Assembly: GCF_006345805.1 (NCBI RefSeq)
Contig: NW_021825074.1
Coordinates: 1-16,474 of the forward strand
Reading direction: 5' to 3'
Origin: Octopus sinensis
Lineage: Eukaryota
Length of the DNA: 16,474 bases
How positions within the stretch are numbered: the stretch's first letter is position 1; the number at the start of each line of letters is the position of its first letter. Below, one piece after another: positions 8,656 to 16,474 of this stretch. The notes beneath the pieces are model-generated. The model saw only the letters and a program-made list of their open reading frames with translations. It was not told the origin of the DNA and made no database searches. The translations under genes and the position numbers were made by a program.

Positions 8656-8879
8656 GATGGCCGAGGAGAGATGCCTAAGACGCCAGGAGGCAGAAGAAGA
8701 CAGAAGATATATTAAATAGTTTAATAAGGGTTAAAAGTGCTACGTAGGAATTCCCTTATAATCACATTCATTTAGTAATTAATTTAAGGTCACGTGGTTC
8801 CCCCAAAATTATCTTTGCCACCTGCAATCCCATTTGTCAAAAATTTTATCTCATCTGACCTCTTTTTAAACCACAAACT

Positions 8880-9200
8880 ATAAGGGAAAGAAAGAGAAAG
8901 CTGAAAGAGAGAGAGAAAGAGAAAGAGAGACAAACAGACAGGTGTGTGTATATATAAATGTGCGTGCGTGCGTGTGTGCGCGCGTATATGTATACATACA
9001 TACATACAATACATACATATATATATATATATATATACGCGTAAATATATAATAGAGGCAGAAAGAGAGAGAGACATAGAGGGGGAGAAGAAAGAAAGAG
9101 CAATAAAGATTGGCAGATAGGGAAAAAGAGGGATAGGAACAGAAAGGAACAAAATCACAATCAGAAAGACATACAGACAGACACACAAAGAGTGGTGGGG
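8880..9200. repeat. Compound (GA)/(TG)/(TACA)/(TA) microsatellites and AG-rich tract
   Basis: Seen directly. Confidence 0.85.
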
Positions 9201-9560
9201 TGAGGAATAAAACACAAAGGTTACGAACTTCTGGGCAGCTACTTCCTTATGTCTGTAATTACCTCTGCTTTTTACCTGTCAGCAATAATCCAGGGACCTG
9301 TAATCTGGAGATTAGTAGCAGATCTGGGCTCAAGATATAATTGTGTGTGATTAGTTGGTGAATGAGGCGGTGTAGATAGTGGAGTAGGTAGTGGCTTACA
9401 TCAAGAAAGATTAAGATAAGCCTTAACTGTAATGATGTACAGGTAACGTGCAGAGAATGGTATTTAGAATCTATGTACGCATATGTGTGAAAAACCATAT
9501 ATACATATATGCGTGTATATACATATATATACAAATATATATGTATAACATGTCTGTATG

Positions 9561-9599
<39 letters not shown>

Positions 9600-9671
9600 T
9601 CTTTTACTCTTTTACTTGTTTCACCATCCGGCTGAGGCCATGCTGGGGCACCGCCCTTGTTGCTACCCCTT

Positions 9672-12636
9672 CTAAGTCCAGTTTGCCGTGGCTGGCCACT
9701 GATCTAAGAGAGAGTTTGTAGCTGCTGCCCTTAGGTACCTTCGTACCTTGCAGTGGGTTCATATGGGATCCCGGAAAGCAGCTTGTCTAGATGTTTTTTT
9801 GAAAATGTCCACATCCGCATCATGTAGATCTCTTAGTTTTCTTGGCAGTTTGTTGAAAAGCTGAGGGCCCCTGAACCCCAGGCTATTATAGTATCCGCTC
9901 CTTACCCTGGATGTGGAAGACGGGACCTTTGGCACCACACGTGACGTCCTGTACGGGGATTGGAACAGCTCTCAATTCCAAAAATTGGTGCTAGTCCCTC
10001 CAGGATTTTCCATATGTATATCACTGCATATCTCTCTCGTCTTCGTTCCAAGGAGTACAAATTGAGTTCCCTAAGCCTCTCCCAATAGTTCTTTTCTTTC
10101 ATGGTGGAAATCCTCTGGTGAAATGTCTTTGGATTGTCTCAAGCTCTGTGGTTAGTTTGACACTATGCGGTGACCACAGTTGGGAGCAGTAGTCCAGGCG
10201 GCTTAGGACAAATGTCCTCCATAGTGTCAACATGGTCTCGCAGTCTCTTGTCCGGAATGTCCTCAGGATCCAGCCAGTGAGTCGTCTGCACATTGTCGCC
10301 ACCTTCGCGATGTGTGAAGAAAAAGATGCATCGTCACTCATGTCTATCCCCGGTCCCGTATTGATTTCGATACTGGGATTTCGATCCCTCCTGGACCAGT
10401 ATAGTTGTGTTGTAATGTATATGTGTTTACAGCTTGATATTGTAAGGCTTGAAATTTACCAGCATTAAATTGCATGTTGTTGTCTTCAGCCCATTTGTAT
10501 ATGGCATCCAGATCTTGTTGTAAAAGGTCAGCATCAGCTGGGTTTTTGATTGCCTGTGCTACCTTTGTGTCATCAGCATAGCTAGTGAGGGATGTTGTTT
10601 GTGCTACCAAGGGCATGTCAGAGAGCGCCACCAAAAACAGCAAGGGTCCCAAGACTGTGCCCTGTGGCACCCCGCTTGCTATTGGTGTCTTTCCCGAGAG
10701 GGCTCCATTGGCTGCAACCATCTGGCTTCTGTCCTTCAGGAAGTCATGTATCCACTCACCTACTTTTCCTGTTATGCCGAGTCTGAGTAATTTGTGACAT
10801 ATCACTCCGTGGTCGACTTTGTCAAAGGCCTTCGCAAAGTCGAGATATACCACATCCACCTGTGAGCGATCCAGTAGTTGTTTCAGTACCCAGTCGTAGT
10901 GTTGTAACAGCTGCGTAAGGCAGCTTCTTCCTGGGCGAAAGCCATGCTGTGTGTCAGTGAGACGGTTAGTTTCTTCGAGGAACGTGATCAGTTTTTTTCT
11001 GATGATTCGTTCCATGACCTTACTTATGTGTGACGTCAGGGAGACTGGCCTGTAGTTTTGGCCTCTGCTCTACTCCCTCCTTTGTGGATAGGGCATATGG
11101 TGCCTTCTTTTAGCGCCCTGGGCAGTTTACCGTTAGCCAAGGAACCACTGAAGAGCTTCTTCAGTAGTCCCGCTAGGGCATGCCTGCATGTTTTTAGGAG
11201 GACTGCTGGGAATCCATCTGGTCCAGCAGCTGAGTTTATTCTCATTTCTTCTATGGCAGATTTACATCCCTCTCTGTTATGTCTATGTGGTCGATGGTTG
11301 TTGTTTGGTTTTGGAGTGTTGTGGCATCAAAGAAAACTTCTGGGTTTGTGATTTGCATGTGCCCCAGAGGGGATGTGAACACACTTTTATACTGTTCCTT
11401 TAGTATTTCACTTATCCCTTGGGGGTCCTCAGTTAGAGAGCCCTTTTTTATCAAAGAGTGGGCCAATCTTGCAGTGTACCGAGGTGGTTTCTTTCGCAAA
11501 TTTAAAGAAGGCTTTAGGGTTTGTTTTAATATTCTCTATGGCCCTGGCTTCTCTCTCTCTCTGCCCTCTCCTTCTCATAGGAAAGTTTGAGTGCAGTTTC
11601 CGTTTCAAAAAGTTTCAGGTGGAGTCCCTCATTGTTTCTCTGCCGTGCATTCAGTTGCTTCGAGAGCTTAGCTCTTCGCCTCATAAGTATTTTCCTGTCT
11701 CTGGGAATAACGTTCCTATGCCCGCTGGTTTTTTCTCCGGGACAAACTTATGGCATATGTTCTGTATTGTTGTCATGAAATGTTGGAAATGTGTGTTGGT
11801 GTCTTGTGTGGTGATGAAGTCACTCCAGTCATGTTTTCGGATCTCTTCGTTGATCTTCTTCCAGTTTGCCTTATGGAAGTTTAGACTGGATAGGCCTGTG
11901 GTATTTTCTAATGGCTGCGTCTCAACTAACTCTCTCATACCATATATCATTACCTCTACTAAGTTGTGATCTGAGAGAATTGTTGGTGTTACCATTATGT
12001 TGTGGATGAGCATCGGGTTGCTTGTGAAACAGAGGTCCAAGACATTCTCACCTCTTGTTGGCCAAAGCACTGCTTGCTCCATGAAAGACTTGCGTGTGAG
12101 AGCCAACAAGGACTCTGTCTGTCTCTTCAAGTGATGTCATTCCAGGGAGGAGATGGCCATCTGGCCATTTGACTTTCGGAAGGTTAAAATCTCCCAGCAG
12201 TAGAATGGTGTTACCCTGGTCCAGTTTGTCCAGGACTCTTCATTCTTCTGGGCATCTTGACTTCTCTCTGTGATTCTTCATACACTCCTCATGACTAGGG
12301 GTGTCTGGTGGCCGATATGTGACACATATTACTATTTTCGGTTGTTTCATGTGTACTATCAGTGTGTCACAGACTGAGTTTGAGTGTGTCAACAGTACTA
12401 TGGGTGTGACATCTTCACGGACGTACAGGGCAACCCCACCATGAGTTCTTTCCTTCCTGTCCGACCGAAAAACAGTATACTTCGGTATGTGTATTTCTGC
12501 ATCTGCTATACTGTGACAGGTGCGTTTCAGTCAGCGCTATGCATATTGCATGGTTGCTTGTGCTCAAGTCCCTAAGGTAAGGAATTTTACCCATATTAGT
12601 GGGTTTCACCAGACCTCTGACATTCAGCAGAAGCAC
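9672..12636 (-). pseudogene. LINE ORF2 (apurinic-like endonuclease ~12636-11960 + reverse transcriptase ~11245-10350), broken by about 12 frameshifts
   Basis: Track ORFs 12415-12636, 11681-12130, 11251-11499, 11036-11245, 10344-11015, 10099-10341 and 9902-10102 are consecutive pieces; YADD at 10569-10580 and SDHN at 11963-11974. Confidence 0.92.
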
Positions 12637-12689
12637 TGGTGAGACACCGGGGTGTCAATAAAGGCTGACGGTGTGGCACCTGGGCCGGC

Positions 12690-12969
12690 GTCAGCGGTGG
12701 CCACCCTGGGTCCCTTGATTGTGGTGGTCTTGAGTGCTGTTGTGAGTGCCCCTGGCTCTGAAGACGATGTATCCAGGCCAGTTGTCCCACATTTTCTCTG
12801 CCATTTCCACAAAATTTCTTTGTTCTGCTGCCGCCGTCTGCATTTCCTCTGCAAATGTGCGCCTTCTCCTTGTTGGGGCATTACGCACTATGTCTGCATA
12901 TTTCTGGGGCAGCTTGTATTTCTCTGGTTTTGGTTAAGGCATTTTGGTCGAGTGGGTTTGATGCAATTT

Positions 12970-12971
<2 letters not shown>
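12690..12971 (-). pseudogene. Probable C-terminal remnant of LINE ORF1
   Basis: Open frame ...KYADIVRNAPTRRRRTFAEEMQTAAAEQRNFVEMAEKMWDNW... lies directly upstream of ORF2; assigned by position only, no recognised domain. Confidence 0.45.

Positions 12972-13034
<63 letters not shown>
12972..13034. repeat. Perfect (TA)n, ~31 units, at the LINE 5' junction
   Basis: Seen directly. Confidence 0.97.
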
Positions 13035-13037
<3 letters not shown>

Positions 13038-13044
13038 GCGGGGC

Positions 13045-13252
13045 TACGTGAGCTGAAGTGTTTTACTAAGGTGCTTGCTTCTCAACCACATAGTTTTGGG
13101 TTCAGTCCCACTACGTGGCACTTTGGGCAAGCGTCTTCTACTTTACCACGGGCCGACTTGTGAGTGGATGTGGTAGACGTTGACTGAAAAAGACCGTTGT
13201 ATATACATATATATATGCGTGTGTGTGCGTGTGCATGCGTGTGTGTGAGTGT

Positions 13253-13283
<31 letters not shown>

Positions 13284-13537
13284 TGTGTGTGTGTGTGTGT
13301 GCGTGTGCATTTGTAATTCTGTGTGTTTTTGTGTCTGTGTTTGTCCACCCCGCCATCGTTTGACAACCGGTGTTGGCGTGCTTACGTCCCCGTAACTTAG
13401 CGGGTCGGCAAAAGGTGGCCGATAAAGTACGTACCAGGCTTAAAAGAAAAAGTAAGTCCTGGCGCCTTTTTTTCAACTAAAACCTTTGAAGATGGTGCTC
13501 CGGCATGACCGCAGTCAAATGACTGAAACGAATAAAA
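13045..13537 (+). mobile_element. Near full-length SINE family C with internal (TA)/(TG)n
   Basis: aaccacatagttttgggttcagtcccactacgtggcactttgggcaag...ttgtgagtggatgtggtagacg...cttacgtccccgtaacttagcgg...ggtgctccggcatgaccgcagtcaaatgactgaaac. Confidence 0.9.
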
Positions 13538-13556
13538 TTTGTTTTGAATAATACAG

Positions 13557-13596
<40 letters not shown>

Positions 13597-13603
<7 letters not shown>

Positions 13604-13715
13604 AACACGTGACCGACCAGACCATCAGATGTTGCTACACATCGCTGGTCACAATGCGTTCGCATTGTTTTAGCCTTCGAATGACGCCACCCCGCTGGCT
13701 AAGCGAGCAGGCCAA
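13597..13715 (-). mobile_element. Short structured element (family F) in (TA)n; probably a retroposon 3' end
   Basis: Complex GC-rich 119 bp between two (TA)n tracts; the minus strand ends in a duplicated tcacgtg; several internal hairpins. Confidence 0.55.
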
Positions 13716-13749
13716 TATATTATTATATATATATATATATATATAGTTA

Positions 13750-14250
13750 TCCGTAATAATGAAGGGTGAAATTAATTAATTTGGAATAATTATCAATTAC
13801 ACCAAGTAGTCTTCGGCATGTAAAAGCCTCATTCGAGGAGTTAAGTAATACTAAGCAATAAAGGTTTAGCAACGAATTGCCTTACCACATACCGAATTTA
13901 GAAATAGCAGTCAAAGAGTTATAGCTATTTCTTCTACTAAAAAGGGAGATCTCAGTAAAAAAACAGCATTGGAAGGCAGACACAAACAGGTAAGAGAGAA
14001 TGAATTGACGGCAATCTATCATACAATTTTAAGTTATCTACGGACGTACGTTTCGAAATCAAGTTTTTAGGAAAGGATAAGAATTAAATATTAAATAATT
14101 CTATCTTACCAAAACTTCTTTTCTCTTCAGCGTAGAATACTATAATCATAAATGATTATATATTGAATTTTGAGATACTAGAAGGCACCAACTCAACTCA
14201 GTATCAGAGCGAGCTAGAATCCGCAACTAGTATCACCAATTCAATGTGTG
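13750..14250 (-). mobile_element. Unclassified ~500-bp element (family G) carrying a type I hammerhead; Penelope-like terminal repeat or retrozyme-like
   Basis: Non-coding complex sequence between (TA)n and (CA)/(TA)n tracts containing the ribozyme at 14032-14141. Boundaries are inferred from the flanking microsatellites. Confidence 0.55.
14032..14141 (-). ncRNA. Type I hammerhead ribozyme
   Basis: Minus strand: TCTACG (14136-14131) CTGAAGA (14130-14124) GAAA...long hairpin...TTTC GAA ACGTACGT (14051-14044) C (14043) / CGTAGA (14042-14037). All core nucleotides, a GUC triplet and helices I-III are present. Confidence 0.85.
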
Positions 14251-14294
14251 AATGAAACACACACACATACTATTATATATATATAAGTATATAT

Positions 14295-14341
<47 letters not shown>

Positions 14342-14830
14342 GAGTATGTGTGTGTTGTATGCATCTATTTGTGGATACATATGTACACAGACATACATAT
14401 ATATCGGTTACTTGCATCAGACTTTAGCGGTTACGTGTAAAACTTTGGCACAATGTAGCATAAAACAGAACATATCATATCAATGAATAACATAACTAAG
14501 GTGACTTCCGTTTCCATGATGAGTTAAAACGACAGAAGTTATTACTTCATACATATAAACAATCGGTGTTAAAAGATTTAAATTCATAATACTGGTTATT
14601 TTTACCATTTCAATGAATTGAAAATTATTGAAGCGTATTTATATTCTATTTATTAATGCGTAATAAAATTCTTCAATAAACAAATCTTCATTGTAGATAA
14701 AATTCATAAAAAGACAGTTTTTTTTTAATGAAGCAGTGAATAGATGCCATTTTGAAGGCATATCGACTGTGTTGGCTGTGATGAATACGTTACATATTCT
14801 AAACTGATATGAAATGTTATCATTTAGTAA

Positions 14831-15431
14831 TTTGAGAAGTATCTCGGTGCGGTGTTCACGAGTGACAGGTATCGGAATGTTGCGTTGGATGCTAGAATTG
14901 CGAATGCTTTTCCATTTCCAGCATTTGATTTTCAAAAGAAGAAAGATTTGCAAAAAGCCAAATTCGGGGTTTGCAATTTAGTTTGTGTACTTATCCGCAC
15001 CTATGGTCATGAATGCCGGGTAAAGACAGAAAGAATAACATCGCGAATATAATCAGCCTAAATGGGATTTCTCCGAAATATTTCTGGAGTAACGTAAAAA
15101 GATAGGATTCGTAGCTTGGAAATCAAGGAGTCTCTCCAGGTCGAGTCGTAACTCTTGCGCATTGAGTGATCGCAGCTCCGGTACAAAGGACGTGTGATTA
15201 AAATGCCACAGGAAAGAATAGCAAGATGGATTCTTTAAGCTGAGCCAACCAGCAAGAGAGTTAGGGTTTAACCAAGAGGGAAACGGTTGGATAATATCCA
15301 TAGTCTGTGTTCGCGTTTGGGATTTCAGCCGGAAAATTTAATGACGGTTGCTTTTGATTGGATCCTATGGAGAAGTTGCCCATCGATTCTAGCACCACGT
15401 CCATCCCAGGAGTAGTGGGAGGAGATGGATG
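14831..15431 (+). pseudogene. 5'-truncated RTE-clade LINE fragment (end of RT + C-terminus), decayed
   Basis: One frame reads KYLGAVFTSD...LDARIA...KAK...TYGHEC.V.TERI.SRI*SA*MGFLRNISGVT*KDRIRS.EI.ESLQVE.*LLRIE*SQLRY.G.V.KMPQERIAR.IL*AEP...LDNI...W...PRPSQE*, the typical RTE C-terminus; short gatggatg tail. Confidence 0.85.
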
Positions 15432-15463
15432 TGTGTGTGCGTACACATGTATGTATATGTGTG

Positions 15464-15669
15464 GGGGAGCTTTATGAAAATAGACAAAAGACGAAGGCAG
15501 GTGGAAAACAAACAAACAATTGTATTAGTATGGCGCTCAGGAAATATAAATAAAACAAGTCTTTAACGTTTCGAGCCTACGCTCTTCAACAGAAAGATAC
15601 ACAGAGAGAAAAAAAACACAGAAAGAAGGAGAGAAAAAAAATGCGTGCAGTAACTAACGAATCAACATG
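15464..15669 (-). mobile_element. Family D element, inverted relative to 4804-5006
   Basis: gagctttatgaaaatagacaaaagacgaaggcaggtggaa...tattagtatggcgctcaggaaat...aacgtttcgagcctacgctcttcaacagaaagatacacag...gaatcaacatg. Confidence 0.85.
15560..15597 (-). ncRNA. Minimal type I hammerhead-like motif (variant core), second copy
   Basis: Minus strand TCTTT CTGTTGA A GAGC gtag GCTC GAA ACGT T / AAAGA; identical to 4875-4912 except at the cleavage-site nucleotide. Confidence 0.5.
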
Positions 15670-15753
15670 CGTACATGTCTGTATGTGCGTGTGCGTGTCT
15701 GTGTGTATGTTCGTGCGTACATGGTGATATATATATATACTATATATATATAC

Positions 15754-15799
<46 letters not shown>

Positions 15800-15823
15800 A
15801 TATATATAACAAGATGCGAGTAA

Positions 15824-16112
15824 AGGTTTCATGGCTTAATGGTTAGGGTATTCGGCTCACGGCGGCGCGTTGTGTTCTTGAGCGAAACACTTTATTTCAC
15901 ATTACTCCAGTCCACTTAGCTTGCAAAAATGAGTAGTACCTGCATTTCAGATCAGCTTTCTCACATTCTCTGTCATGCTAAATCTCCCCGAGAACAACAG
16001 TAGGGGTACATGTGTTTGAGGAGTGCTCAGCCACTTGTACGATATTATCGCGAGCAGGTTGTTCCGTTGACTGGATGAACTGAACAACGTCGTCGTTACC
16101 GACGGAGAACCA
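15824..16112 (+). mobile_element. tRNA-derived CORE-like SINE (family B, tail type 1) lacking its B box
   Basis: A box tggcttaatggttag; core ttgtgttcttgagcgaaacactttatttcacattactccagtccacttagct; tail ending ...gtcgtcgttaccgacggag. Confidence 0.88.
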
Positions 16113-16141
16113 ATATGTGTGCGAATGCTATCGTCTGGAAG

Positions 16142-16356
16142 GGCGGCGAGCTGGCAGAATCGTTGGCACGCCGGTGAAATGCCTAGCGGTATTTCGTCTG
16201 CCGTGACGTTGTGAGTTCAAATTCCGCCGAGGTCAACTTTGCCTTTCATCCTTTCGGGGTCGATTGAATAAGTACCAGTTACACACTGGGGTCGATATAA
16301 TCGACTTAATCCCTTTGTCTGTCCTTGTTTGTCTTCTCCGTGGGCAATAAGAAATA
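16142..16356 (+). mobile_element. Young full-length SINE family A with a perfect 18-bp target-site duplication
   Basis: TSD aatgctatcgtctggaag at 16124-16141 and 16357-16374; A box tggcagaatcg, B box gagttcaaattc, body cctttcatcctttcggggtcgat...aagtaccag (Deu/Nin-domain-like, from memory). Confidence 0.95.
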
Positions 16357-16416
16357 AATGCTATCGTCTGGAAGAATGAATCTGCCTAATCTTAAGCATT
16401 TGTAGAATATTGAAAA

Positions 16417-16474
16417 AGCCGCAGGAATGGATGTGTGGTAAGAAGCTTGCTTCCCAACCACATGATTCCGGGTT
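16417..16474 (+). mobile_element. SINE family C head running off the window end
   Basis: gcaggaatggatgtgtggtaagaagcttgcttcccaaccacatgattccgggtt. Confidence 0.88.

Larger units (their letters stand above)
9599..12971 (-). mobile_element. CR1/L2-group non-LTR retrotransposon (LINE), 5'-truncated within ORF1, flanked by (TA)n on both sides
   Basis: APE motifs LLNVRGL, ALTETHL, GGVALYV, LLGDFNLP, LDLCF, SDHN; RT motifs NYRPVSLTS, QHGFRPGRSC, YLDFAKAFDKV, SGVPQGTVLGPLLF, YADDTK; C-terminal LYSLERRRER; 3' end gaaacaagtaaaagagtaaaagag. The exact clade is not resolvable by eye. Confidence 0.95.

Noticed and set aside
8303-8719. 138-aa ORF with poly-N/E/K
   Set aside because: Built from (CA)n, a SINE fragment, (AAT)n and (GAA)n.
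10232-13035. Plus-strand ORFs over the LINE
   Set aside because: They are antisense shadows of ORF2/ORF1.
14639-15515. Minus-strand ORFs as a possible Penelope RT/GIY-YIG partner for the hammerheads
   Set aside because: They are largely antisense to the RTE fragment, and no GIY-YIG or PLE RT motif is visible in the window.

Overview
This is a repeat-saturated, AT-rich animal genomic window, probably intronic or intergenic. The SINE, LINE and microsatellite content resembles Octopus/coleoid cephalopod DNA, which is an inference from remembered repeat sequences. I found no host protein-coding exon that I can support, and nearly all ORFs in the track are translations of microsatellites or SINEs. 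The real coding content is two non-LTR retrotransposons: (i) a 3.4-kb minus-strand CR1/L2-group LINE (9599-12971) with an ORF1 remnant and a near-complete but frameshifted APE-endonuclease + RT ORF2, sitting in (TA)n; (ii) a stop-riddled RTE-clade 3' fragment (14831-15431, +). About 25 tRNA-derived SINE copies or fragments fall into three head/body types, labelled A, B and C here. The most interesting signals: a canonical type I hammerhead ribozyme on the minus strand (14032-14141) inside an unclassified repeat; a variant minimal hammerhead motif in two inverted copies of another repeat (4875-4912 and 15560-15597); and a 58-nt 3' tail shared by the LINE and SINE family C, giving a SINE/LINE partner pair in one window. 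All alignments and folds were done by eye, so edges of old repeats are approximate.
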